From an uncultured Holophaga sp. (GTDB lineage: Bacteria > Acidobacteriota > Holophagae > Holophagales > Holophagaceae), in contig OY761614.1 of assembly GCA_963664825.1 (NCBI GenBank), forward strand, positions 416,001 to 480,000: a stretch of 64,000 nt of DNA, given 5' to 3'. The stretch's first letter is position 1. The number at the start of each line of letters is the position of its first letter. The position numbers and the translations under genes are program-made. The notes beneath the pieces are model-generated. The model did not search any database. It saw only the letters and a list, made by a program, of their open reading frames with translations, and was not told the origin of the DNA. This document shows, piece by piece, positions 27,880 through 37,057 of the stretch.

Positions 27880-28581
27880 ATGCACACGCCTTTTCCACTC
27901 GCCATCCGCTGCTCCGGCATCGCCAAGACCTACGGTACCGGCGACACGCAGGTCCAGGCCCTGCGCGGCATCGATCTCGAGGTGCTCCCGGGGGAGCTGA
28001 TGATGCTGGTCGGACCCTCGGGTTGCGGCAAGACCACCCTCATCTCCATCATCGCCGGCATCCTCGACCAGACGGAGGGGGACTGCCACCTGTTCGGGCA
28101 GAACCTGCGGGACCTGGATCCGGAGGCACGCACCCGCTACCGAGGCAAGCACATCGGCTTCGTGTTCCAGGCCTTCAACCTCATTCCCACGCTCACCGTG
28201 GCCGAGAATGTCGCGATCCCCCTGCTCATCCTGGGGGAGGGACAGGACAAGGCCCTGGCCCAGGCTCGGCGATGCCTGGAGGAGGTGGGCCTGGGCGACA
28301 AGGTCAATGCCTTCCCGAGCCAGATCTCCGGCGGCCAGCAGCAGCGGGTCGCCGTGGCCCGCGCCCTGGTGCACGACCCGAAGCTGATCGTCTGCGACGA
28401 GCCCACCTCCGCCCTGGACCACCAGACGGGGCACCGGGTGATGGAGGTCCTGAAGGGCCTGGCCATGGATGGCAAGCGCTCCCTGGTCATCGTCACCCAC
28501 GACGCCCGCATCTTCGATTTCGCCGACCGCATCGCCCATATGGACGACGGCCGCATCCAGGACCTCGAAACCCACCACTGA
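27880..28581 (+). CDS. ABC transporter ATP-binding protein (LolD/MacB-like)
   Basis: GPSGCGKT, ISGGQQQR, CDEPT, VTHD. Confidence 0.95.
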   Translation: MHTPFPLAIRCSGIAKTYGTGDTQVQALRGIDLEVLPGELMMLVGPSGCGKTTLISIIAGILDQTEGDCHLFGQNLRDLDPEARTRYRGKHIGFVFQAFNLIPTLTVAENVAIPLLILGEGQDKALAQARRCLEEVGLGDKVNAFPSQISGGQQQRVAVARALVHDPKLIVCDEPTSALDHQTGHRVMEVLKGLAMDGKRSLVIVTHDARIFDFADRIAHMDDGRIQDLETHH

Positions 28582-28594
28582 AGGGATTACCGCC

Positions 28595-29539
28595 ATGATG
28601 AAGATCAAGATGCTCCCCCTGGCCGCCGGGTTGGGGATCCTGCTCGCCGCCGGCGTCGCCATGAAATCGGGCGTGAAAAAGCCCGAAGCCGTGCCCATTG
28701 CCCCACCGGCCGAGGCTCCCTATGCCACCTATATCGGCGGCGCAGGCCTCGTGGAGGCCGACAATGACAACATCAGCCTGGGCACTTCCCTGCCCGGCAT
28801 CGTCAAGACGGTCTACGTGAAGGCGGGCGACCGGGTCAAGGCCGGGCAGGCCCTCTTCCAGATCGATGACCGCGAATACCAGGCCGACTTGCTCGTCAAG
28901 CAGGCGGAGCTGGCCAAGGCCGAAGGCGCCCTGGAGGAGGCCCTGGCTGCGCAAAAAGACAGCACCTCCCAGTACGCCCTGGTGAAGGATGCGAGCGGGC
29001 TTGCCGTCAGCGTGGACGATATCCAGAAGCGCAAGCATGCGGCCGAATTGGGGGATGCCAAGCTCCTGAGCGCGAAGGCCAATGTGAAGGCCGCCCAGGC
29101 CAGCCTCCAGGCGGCCCGCACCGTTCTGGATCGCTTGACGGTCCGGGCACCCATGGAGGGGGAGGTCATCCAGTTGAACACCCGGCCTGGCGAATACGCT
29201 CCCACCGGTGCCCTGGACAAGCCCTTGATGCGCCTCGGCAGCCTGGAGACGTACCACATCCGGGTGGATGTGGACGAGAATGATGCCTGGCGCTTCCGGA
29301 CGGGGGCGAGGGCGACGGCCTTCCTCCGGGGCAACCGTGACTTCAAGGCAGAGGTGCGGTTCGCCCGCGTGGAACCCTATGTCACGCCCAAGCTCTCCCT
29401 GACCGGCAGCAGCAGCGAGCGGGTGGATACGCGCGTCCTCCAGGTGATCTACAGCTTCGACCGCAAGGCCTTGCCGGTCTACGTGGGCCAGCAGATGGAC
29501 GTCTTCATCGAGACGACCGAAGCGGGAGGCCACCGGTGA
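28595..29539 (+). CDS. Membrane fusion protein (HlyD/efflux adaptor)
   Basis: Lipoyl-like halves (VKAGDRVKAGQ; VRAPMEG), coiled coil, ERVDTRVLQV. Confidence 0.9.
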   Translation: MMKIKMLPLAAGLGILLAAGVAMKSGVKKPEAVPIAPPAEAPYATYIGGAGLVEADNDNISLGTSLPGIVKTVYVKAGDRVKAGQALFQIDDREYQADLLVKQAELAKAEGALEEALAAQKDSTSQYALVKDASGLAVSVDDIQKRKHAAELGDAKLLSAKANVKAAQASLQAARTVLDRLTVRAPMEGEVIQLNTRPGEYAPTGALDKPLMRLGSLETYHIRVDVDENDAWRFRTGARATAFLRGNRDFKAEVRFARVEPYVTPKLSLTGSSSERVDTRVLQVIYSFDRKALPVYVGQQMDVFIETTEAGGHR

Positions 29540-30942
29540 GAACGACGCGAACCCTATCTGCCGTGATGATGTTCCTGCTGGCCGGCGTCGCCCAGGCCCA
29601 GCCGAAACCCCTGGTCAGCGCACCCCCCGCCTTCAGTCAGGGCGAGGCAGGCGACGCCTCCCACCTGGAATCCCAGGCCTGGTGGGAAGCCTTCGGGGAC
29701 CCCACCCTCACCGACCTCGTGCGCCGGGCCACCGGGGGCAGCCTTACGCTCCAACAGGCCCAGGCCCGGATTCTTCAAGCCAGGGCCGCGCTGGGGAGCG
29801 CCAAGGCCGATCAATGGCCCTCCGTGACGGCAACCGCGCAGGCTTCCCGGAGCCGGACGAGCACCAACGCGATCACCCCCGCCCAGGCCGCTGGGGCGAC
29901 CACGCTCTACCAGGCCGGCTTCGACGCCTCCTGGGAGGTGGATCTCTTCGGGAGCAAGCGCAGGGCTCGGGAAGCAGCCCAGGCCCGGTACGAGGCGAGT
30001 GTCGAGGACCTCCGGGCCGCCCTCCTGACCCTGGAGGGGGACGTCGCATCGAACTACATCACGCTCCGCGGCAACCAGGCTCTGCTGGAGGTCACGCGCC
30101 AGAACGCCGAAACCCAGCGGCAGGCCGTGAACGTGACCGAGGAGCGGCAGCGTCTCGGCCTCACCAGCGGGCTGGACGCCGCCCAGGCCAGGGCCCAGCT
30201 CGCCGCCACCGAGGCGGAGCTCCCCTCACTCGAAGCCTCCATCCGGCAGTCCTGCCACCGCCTCGGCGTCCTGCTCGGGCTGGAGCCCACGGCGCTGGTG
30301 GCAGAACTGTCCCAGGCGAAACCCCTGCCTGCCGCCCAGGGCGCGGTCGCCACGGGACTGCCTTTGGAACTGCTGGCCCGGCGCCCGGACCTCCGGAGCG
30401 CGGAGCGGAACCTGTGCGCGGCCCTGGCCGAGGTCGGCGTGGCCCGGGCGGAACTCTATCCCAAATTCGACCTCACTCTCGGGCTGGGGCTCCAGAGTGC
30501 CGGGACCTCCAACTTCGCGTCGATCTCTAGCCGCTACTGGTCGATCATTCCCGGCCTGAACCTGCCGGTCTTCAACCGGGGGGCCATCAAGGCCAACATC
30601 GCCAAGAAGGAGGGCGTCTACCAGGAGGCCCTGGCGGCCTTCCGGGCCTCCTACCACTCGGCCTTGGAGGATGTGGAGAACGCCTTGGCGAACTACTATG
30701 CGGAAAGGGCCCGGGCGGCAGGCCTTGCGGAATCGCTGAGCCAGAGCCGCCAGGCCCTGACCCTGGCGCAGGAGCGGTACCGGCGTGGCTTGACCAGCTT
30801 CCTGGATGTCCTGACGGCCCAGTCCTCGGTCCACACGGCCCAGCGAAGCCTGACGCAGTCCCAGTCCCTGATCCTGACCGACCTGGTCGCCCTCCACAAA
30901 GCCCTCGGCGGGGGATGGGCCGTTTCGGGACTGTCCGCCTGA
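29536..30942 (+). CDS. Outer membrane efflux factor (NodT/TolC family)
   Basis: WWEAFGDPTL, ASWEVDLFG, LLARRPDLRSAE, KALGGGW. Confidence 0.93.
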   Translation: MRTTRTLSAVMMFLLAGVAQAQPKPLVSAPPAFSQGEAGDASHLESQAWWEAFGDPTLTDLVRRATGGSLTLQQAQARILQARAALGSAKADQWPSVTATAQASRSRTSTNAITPAQAAGATTLYQAGFDASWEVDLFGSKRRAREAAQARYEASVEDLRAALLTLEGDVASNYITLRGNQALLEVTRQNAETQRQAVNVTEERQRLGLTSGLDAAQARAQLAATEAELPSLEASIRQSCHRLGVLLGLEPTALVAELSQAKPLPAAQGAVATGLPLELLARRPDLRSAERNLCAALAEVGVARAELYPKFDLTLGLGLQSAGTSNFASISSRYWSIIPGLNLPVFNRGAIKANIAKKEGVYQEALAAFRASYHSALEDVENALANYYAERARAAGLAESLSQSRQALTLAQERYRRGLTSFLDVLTAQSSVHTAQRSLTQSQSLILTDLVALHKALGGGWAVSGLSA

Positions 30943-30967
30943 CCAGGCCCAGCCTACACTCACCCCC

Positions 30968-32029
30968 ATGCGGATCGACCAGTTCCCGACAAGCACCCTG
31001 CACATGTTCAGGAACCCGGCCACCTGGGTCGCGATCGCCGTCTACGGCATCGCCTGGATCGGGGCGCGGGTGGTGCTCGTACCGCCGGGCGTGGTGCCGG
31101 AGGGCATGGAGTTCGTCATGCCCTTCCTGTTCGTGGCAGCCCAGGTGGCCCTTGCGCCGCTGCCTTGGCTCTGGACCGGGGACGACCGGCCCCAGGCGCC
31201 GCCCCTTCGCGGCCTCCTCCAGGCCATCCCCTGGAATGCCCTCTGGATAGGGGCTGGCATTGGCCTCCTCGTCCTCCTGAGTTCCGGAAGAGGCACCGGG
31301 GAGCTCCGGGCCCTGGGCTACCAGCCCCCCTTCCGCCCCGAGTGGCTGCTGTTCGTGGTCAACTTCACCCTGGCCATGATCCTGGGGCTCTTCCTGGCCG
31401 AGAAGGAGCGGGTGGAGTCCTCGGAGCGAGCCCTAAAGCTGCTGGCGGACCAGACCCGTGTCCAGGTGCTCCAGGCCCAGCTCAACCCCCACGTGCTGTT
31501 CAATGTGCTCGGCGGCTTGACGGAGCTGGTGCACGAGGATCCCGACGCGGCCGAATCCGCCCTGGTGGCCCTGATCCAGATGTACCGGGAGCTTACGACC
31601 CATGGGGTGGCCCTTGCCGCTCCCCTTCGGGATGAGCGGAGGATCCTGGAGCACTACCTCGATATCGAGGAGATCCGGCTGGGAAAGCGCCTGGAGGTGG
31701 CCTGGGAATGGCCCGGCTGGGCGGACAGACTGGAACTGCCTCCCCTGCTGCTTCAGCCCTTAGTGGAGAATGCGATCAAGCACGGGATCTCCCCCCTTCC
31801 AGAAGGAGGAGCCGTACGGATCGCGGTGGAACGCAAGCCCGGAAGGCTGGCCCTGTCCGTGGCGAACAATGGGGTGCCGCTCGATGTCAGGGCCGGTGAA
31901 GGGACCGGGATCGGGAACCTGAGGGAGCGGCTTCGCCTCATGCCTGACCTTGATCCCCGGCTGGACCTCCTCGTCGAGGACGGCTGGACGGTGGTGAGGC
32001 TGAACCTCGCGTGGCGCTGGAAGCCATGA
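30968..32029 (+). CDS. LytS/YehU-type sensor histidine kinase
   Basis: TM N-terminus, LQAQLNPHVLFN, LQPLVENAIKHG, GTGIGNLRERL. Confidence 0.92.
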   Translation: MRIDQFPTSTLHMFRNPATWVAIAVYGIAWIGARVVLVPPGVVPEGMEFVMPFLFVAAQVALAPLPWLWTGDDRPQAPPLRGLLQAIPWNALWIGAGIGLLVLLSSGRGTGELRALGYQPPFRPEWLLFVVNFTLAMILGLFLAEKERVESSERALKLLADQTRVQVLQAQLNPHVLFNVLGGLTELVHEDPDAAESALVALIQMYRELTTHGVALAAPLRDERRILEHYLDIEEIRLGKRLEVAWEWPGWADRLELPPLLLQPLVENAIKHGISPLPEGGAVRIAVERKPGRLALSVANNGVPLDVRAGEGTGIGNLRERLRLMPDLDPRLDLLVEDGWTVVRLNLAWRWKP

Positions 32030-32757
32030 GCCGACCGCTGCAGGTGCTGGTCGCCGAGGACGAACCCATGAACCTGCGAAGGCTCGTGCGGCTGCTCCAG
32101 GAATGCGGCTGTGAAATCGCCGCGACCTTCGGGAACGGACTCGAGGTCGAGGAATGGCTGGCTGCCGGCAATGCGGTGGACGTCCTCTTCCTGGACATTC
32201 AGATGCCCGGGCTGGACGGATTGAGTCTGAGGGCTTCGATCCGGCCCGACCTGCCCGTGGTCTTCGTCACCGCCCACCCGCACCATGCGGTGGAGTCCTA
32301 CAATTTGGACGCCGTCGATTTCCTCCTCAAGCCCGTCACCACCGAGCGCCTGGCCAAGGCCGTGGCGAAGGTGCGCCGGGCCTTGGCGCAGGACCAGCCC
32401 CCAGGCGGGGACGCACCCCCCATGGACCAGCGCTACCCCGTCATCGCGGGCTCCGGCGTGGTGCTCCTCGATCTGGCGAAGACGGCTTTCTTCGAGGTGG
32501 AGGACCAGGTCGTCTGGGCCTTCGTGGGTGAGCGTTTCCGCACAAAATGGAGGACCCTGGGTGAAGTCGAGACCTTCTTCCCGGATGCGGACCTCTTCCG
32601 AATCCATCGTCATCTGCTGATCCGGCCCGCCGCCGTCCTGGGGATCCGTTCCTCGGGAAACGGTAACCGGGTACTGATCCGGATGATGGGCGGCGTGGAA
32701 CTGGAGGCCAGCCGGGGGGCTACGCCGGAACTGAAACGGCGCTTGCGGCTGGGGTGA
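32026..32757 (+). CDS. LytTR-family response regulator
   Basis: AEDE, FLDIQMP, FVTAH, LLKP; C-terminal FRIHR; ATGA overlap with the kinase. Confidence 0.92.
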   Translation: MSRPLQVLVAEDEPMNLRRLVRLLQECGCEIAATFGNGLEVEEWLAAGNAVDVLFLDIQMPGLDGLSLRASIRPDLPVVFVTAHPHHAVESYNLDAVDFLLKPVTTERLAKAVAKVRRALAQDQPPGGDAPPMDQRYPVIAGSGVVLLDLAKTAFFEVEDQVVWAFVGERFRTKWRTLGEVETFFPDADLFRIHRHLLIRPAAVLGIRSSGNGNRVLIRMMGGVELEASRGATPELKRRLRLG

Positions 32758-32808
32758 GACTGCGTCCAGCCTCGTTCAAACGCCCTTCTTCACTCAAGGC
32801 CCGCCTGA

Positions 32809-34395
32809 TCAGCGTGCCGCGAGCATCCATGCGGTGGCCAAGGCGAGCCTGGCCATCTTCTGGACCTGGACGGCATCCAGGCTCTGGGCGGTATCGCTGG
32901 GCTCGTGGTAGCCGGGGAAGTAGTTCCCGAAGAACCGGATGAAGGGGACGTGCGCCCGGGCGAAATCCCGGTAGTCGCTGCCGCCGCTGCATCCGTCCGT
33001 GCGGTCCAGATGGAGGGCCATGCCCGTGCCCCGGCCCGCCTGGGCCAGGATGGGGCCCAGTTCCGGCGCCCATTCGGCGAAACCCGGTTCGGCGAAATCG
33101 GCGGGGTGGACCTGCGCCAGGAAGGCCTCGCTCTTCCCGGGATCCAGCTCCAGCACCAGCTTGCGGAGTTCCTCGGCGGTCCAGGGATGGCCGATCATAT
33201 CCAGGTTGAGATAGGCCGAGGTCTGCGCCAGGGGCCAGCGCGGATGGCGGACGTAGTGGCCGGATCCGAATTTGCCCTCCTCTTCCCCGGTCCAGAAGGC
33301 GAAGATCACCGTCCGCCGAGGGCGGCTGGGAGAGGCTTTGAAGGCCCGGGCAATCTCCATCAGGGCCGCCACCCCCGAGGCATTATCATCGGCGCCAGGA
33401 TGGAGGAGGCCCCCCTGCATGCCCAGGTGATCCATGTGGGCGCCCAGGATCACGGCTTCACCCTTCAGCTTGGGGTCCGAGCCCTCGAGCACGGCGATCA
33501 CGTTGCGGCTGGAGGCGGGCCGGACCTGCCCCGTGACGTGAAGCGTGGCCAAGGCCCCGGGAAGGGCCCGGGGGCGCAGCGTCGCAGGTTGGCTGGGATC
33601 CACGCCCAAGGCCTTCAGCAGCTTTCCCGCCTCCTCCCGCCCCACCCGCACCAAGGGCGGTTCGTCCGTAGAGACGACGCCCGCCTCGGGCCTGAAGAAG
33701 GGTTCGGCAGGGTGTTGGAACGCGGCCAGTTCGGCACCGAGGCCCTCCTCCAGGGCGATCACGGCCTTGGCGCCCAGATGATCCAGCACTTCCACCCTGG
33801 CCTCGTATCGTTCCTGGGGCTTGGTGCTTCCGTACTTGGCCCTGAGTTCGGGCGTCTGCCACGCCTCCCCAGGGGGCAGGCCCCCCAGCAGGAGGACGAT
33901 CTTCCCCTTCACATCCAGACCCCGGAAATCGTCGTGGTCCCCTTCCCGGATGCCGTAGCCCGCAAATACGAGCCCCCCCTGGAGGACCTGGGGCTCCAGC
34001 TCCGGCAGGATGCAGCTGAGGCCATGCTTCCAGGCGAGGGCGCTCTGGCCCGGCAGTTCCAGCCTCAGTTCCCCTCCCAGTTCTCGGATCTCCCTCAGGG
34101 GCACGGCCTGGACGTAGGATTCACCTAATGGATGAAGGCCCAGTGCCGCCAGGTGATCCACCAGATGCTGGGCCGTGGCCTCCAGCCCCTGGGTGCCCAG
34201 GCCCCGGCCCTCCCGGGCGGGATCGGCCAGATAGGCGATGTGGCGGGCCAAGTCCCGAACCTGGATCCCCGCCAGGGCATCCGAAAGCGCAGGCGGGAGG
34301 GCCGAAGGCGCCGCACTGATGAAATCATTGGAGGCGGGCGGCGCGGCAAAGGCCACGCACAGGGAGAGGGGGGCAAGCAGGGCGAGGGTTCTCAT
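32809..34395 (-). CDS. Secreted M28 peptidase with PA domain
   Basis: Signal peptide; GAHMDH, GADDNASG, GEEEG, NLDMIG, YHEPSD; PA insert (FAGYGI...DVKGKIV). Confidence 0.92.
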   Translation of the reverse strand: MRTLALLAPLSLCVAFAAPPASNDFISAAPSALPPALSDALAGIQVRDLARHIAYLADPAREGRGLGTQGLEATAQHLVDHLAALGLHPLGESYVQAVPLREIRELGGELRLELPGQSALAWKHGLSCILPELEPQVLQGGLVFAGYGIREGDHDDFRGLDVKGKIVLLLGGLPPGEAWQTPELRAKYGSTKPQERYEARVEVLDHLGAKAVIALEEGLGAELAAFQHPAEPFFRPEAGVVSTDEPPLVRVGREEAGKLLKALGVDPSQPATLRPRALPGALATLHVTGQVRPASSRNVIAVLEGSDPKLKGEAVILGAHMDHLGMQGGLLHPGADDNASGVAALMEIARAFKASPSRPRRTVIFAFWTGEEEGKFGSGHYVRHPRWPLAQTSAYLNLDMIGHPWTAEELRKLVLELDPGKSEAFLAQVHPADFAEPGFAEWAPELGPILAQAGRGTGMALHLDRTDGCSGGSDYRDFARAHVPFIRFFGNYFPGYHEPSDTAQSLDAVQVQKMARLALATAWMLAAR

Positions 34396-34410
34396 CGATT
34401 CACCAGGGGC

Positions 34411-35844
34411 TCAGATCGGTCCCCAGTGGGCGTAGACGGGCCAGATGAGCAGCAGGAAGGCCGTCACCACCAGGATGAGCATGAGGGGCAGGAACCACTT
34501 AGCCCAGCGTTCCCAGGGGATCTTGGCGGCGCCCAACACGCCCATGGCGACGGCGCTGGTGGGCAGGATGGGCACCACCAGTTCGCAGAGTTCGAAGCTG
34601 TAGACGCAGGTCTGGCGGGTGATGCCCACGAGATCCGAGAGGGGCGCCATGATGGGCATGGTGAGCGCGGCCTGGGCCGTGCCCGAATGGATGAAGAAGT
34701 TGATGATGCACTGGACCAGGAACATCACCTGGGCCGTGATGGCCTTGGGCAGGATCTGGATGAGGTGGGAGCCATAGAAGAGGATCGTGTCCATGATCTT
34801 GGCGTCATTGGCGATCACCAGCAGGGCCCGGGCGCAGGCCACGATCATGACCACGCCGACCATATCCTTGGCCCCTGAGACGAAGTGCTTGGCCAGGAGG
34901 CTGGGCCCCATGCGGCTGGTGAGGCCGATGACGATGCCCATGCCCAGGAAGAGCGCCGCGATCGCGTCGATATCCCACTTGTAGTGGATCACGCCGTAGA
35001 CCAGCAGCACCAGGGCGGCCACGAAGAGCAGCAGCACCAGGATATGGCGGAAGTCCCAGGATTCCTGAGCATCCGGGTGGTGTTCCACCGTCTCCCGCTG
35101 CAGATCGATATCCCGCACGATGCTGAGCTCCGGGTTCCGCTTCACCCGGCGCGCATAGATCATGACGTAGGTAATCACCACAGAAGTGACGAGCACCCAG
35201 GCGCCGATGCGATAACCCAGGCCCGAATAGAGGGGCACCCCCGCGATGCCCTGGGCGACGCCCACGGTGAAGGGATTGATGAAGGCGCAGGCAAATCCCG
35301 CCGCCGACCCCAGGAAGGGGATGCACATGCCCACCAGGCTGTCGTAGCCCAGGGCCCGGGCCATGGGGATGAAGATGACGATGAAGGGGATGGTCTCTTC
35401 GGCCATGCCGAAGATGGCCCCGGCCAGGGAGAACACCACCATGAGGAGGGGGATCACCAGCCATTCCAGGGCCGGCCGCGCGCTGATGACCCGGACCAGA
35501 CGCTTGATGCCGAATTCCACGGCGCCCGTCTCCTGGAGGATATTGAAGGCGCCGCCGATGATGAGCAGGAAGGCGATGAGCTTGGAGGCCCCGATGAAGC
35601 CCGTGATGGGGGCCAGCAGCAGATGCTGGAGGCCCAGATGGAACTTGGGGACCACCTGGTAGCTGTCTTTGACGGCCACCTTGAGGGTGCTGCCATCGGG
35701 CAACTGGGTGGCGATGCGCGTGTATTCGCCCGAAGGGATGATCCAGGAGAGGATCAGCACCAGGGCCACCAGGGCGCCCACGATGACCAGGGTGTGGGGC
35801 ATCTTGAGGGTCTTCGCCCACTCGCGGAAACGGGTCGTCATCAT
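34411..35844 (-). CDS. yfcC: YfcC/DcuC-like inner membrane transporter
   Basis: KMPHT, WIIPSGEY, FGMAEETI, NPFTVGVAQGIAG, NFFIHSGT, MPIMAPLSD; about 12 TM helices. Confidence 0.9.
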   Translation of the reverse strand: MMTTRFREWAKTLKMPHTLVIVGALVALVLILSWIIPSGEYTRIATQLPDGSTLKVAVKDSYQVVPKFHLGLQHLLLAPITGFIGASKLIAFLLIIGGAFNILQETGAVEFGIKRLVRVISARPALEWLVIPLLMVVFSLAGAIFGMAEETIPFIVIFIPMARALGYDSLVGMCIPFLGSAAGFACAFINPFTVGVAQGIAGVPLYSGLGYRIGAWVLVTSVVITYVMIYARRVKRNPELSIVRDIDLQRETVEHHPDAQESWDFRHILVLLLFVAALVLLVYGVIHYKWDIDAIAALFLGMGIVIGLTSRMGPSLLAKHFVSGAKDMVGVVMIVACARALLVIANDAKIMDTILFYGSHLIQILPKAITAQVMFLVQCIINFFIHSGTAQAALTMPIMAPLSDLVGITRQTCVYSFELCELVVPILPTSAVAMGVLGAAKIPWERWAKWFLPLMLILVVTAFLLLIWPVYAHWGPI

Positions 35845-35865
35845 TGAAATCCTCTTTCCTAAAGC

Positions 35866-37029
35866 CTATTCGAAGATGCCCTTGGCGAGCAGTTTGCGGG
35901 CCTTCATCAACGGGCGGCCCTTGGCGATGACGGTGTGGATCTCGAGATTCTTCGGGTCGAGGAGGACGACATCGGCATCCAGTTCGGGCGCCAGCCGCCC
36001 CTTGGCATGGAGCTTCAGGAGGCTGGCGGGATTGGAGGTGATCACCCGCAGGGCCGTCTCCAGGGGCACCTTCTCCTCCAATACCGCAGCGCGGATGGCG
36101 GCAAAGAGCGTCGTGACGCGCCCCACGGAAATGCCCCGCAGGCGGCCCTGGCCATCGAAGTCCGGCAGGCTGCCCTGGCCGTCGGAAGTGAAGGTGATGT
36201 GGCCGGGGTCCACCCCCGCCTCCAGCATCCGGCGCAGGGCCACGCCGCAGGGCACTTCGCCGTCATCCAGGTAGGCCTGCACGGTGGAGGTGGTGAAATC
36301 CACGAAGCCCCCGGCCTTGGCGTAGGCGATGCCTTCCTCGAAGAGATGAGGATTGCGATTGATGTGGGTGGGCAGGAACTGGGTGGCGGGAATTTCGGTC
36401 TCTTCCAGGATGCGCCGCAGATAGGCCAGGCCCCGGAGTCCATCCCCCAGATGGAGGTTCACGATCCCGGCCTTGCCGGAGAGCATGCCCCCCCGCCGCG
36501 CCGTGCCCGCCAGCTGGGCGATGGCCTCGAAGGTGGGCTGGTCCGAGCGGTGATCGGAGATGGCCACTTCCCCGGCCCCAATCACCTTTTCGATGAAGAG
36601 CAGATCCTCTTCCAGGGTCCCGAAGAGCGTCCGCAGAGGCAGGCCGTAGGATCCGGAGTACAGGAAGGTGCTGATGCCCTCCTCCTCCAGGCTCTTGGCC
36701 TTGGCCAGAAGCGCCGGCATGCTGCGGGTGTAGCCATCGGTGCCCAGGCAGCCCACCACCGTGGTGATGCCGCCCCTTATGGCATCGGTCAGGGGGAGAT
36801 CCGGCGTGCGCGTCTTGAAGCCGCCCTCGCCGCCGCCGCCCATGATGTGCACGTGGGCGTCGATGAAGCCCGGCACCGCCACCAGGTTGCGCGCGTCAAT
36901 GACCTCGCAGTACTTCCGAGGGATGCGGATACCTGCTTCCATCCGGAGGATCCGCCCCCCGCCGAGGAGGATATCGCAGCGCCCTTGCGGTTCAGGGGTG
37001 AGGATCTCGGCATTCTTGATCAAGAGCAT
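35866..37029 (-). CDS. iadA: Isoaspartyl dipeptidase (beta-aspartyl peptidase)
   Basis: PGFIDAHVHIMGGGGEGG, VVGCLGTDG, SGSY, AISDHRS, PTHINR, TSDGQGSLP; no signal peptide. Confidence 0.95.
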   Translation of the reverse strand: MLLIKNAEILTPEPQGRCDILLGGGRILRMEAGIRIPRKYCEVIDARNLVAVPGFIDAHVHIMGGGGEGGFKTRTPDLPLTDAIRGGITTVVGCLGTDGYTRSMPALLAKAKSLEEEGISTFLYSGSYGLPLRTLFGTLEEDLLFIEKVIGAGEVAISDHRSDQPTFEAIAQLAGTARRGGMLSGKAGIVNLHLGDGLRGLAYLRRILEETEIPATQFLPTHINRNPHLFEEGIAYAKAGGFVDFTTSTVQAYLDDGEVPCGVALRRMLEAGVDPGHITFTSDGQGSLPDFDGQGRLRGISVGRVTTLFAAIRAAVLEEKVPLETALRVITSNPASLLKLHAKGRLAPELDADVVLLDPKNLEIHTVIAKGRPLMKARKLLAKGIFE

Positions 37030-37057
37030 GGGGACTCCAATTCCGGAATGGGCAGCT

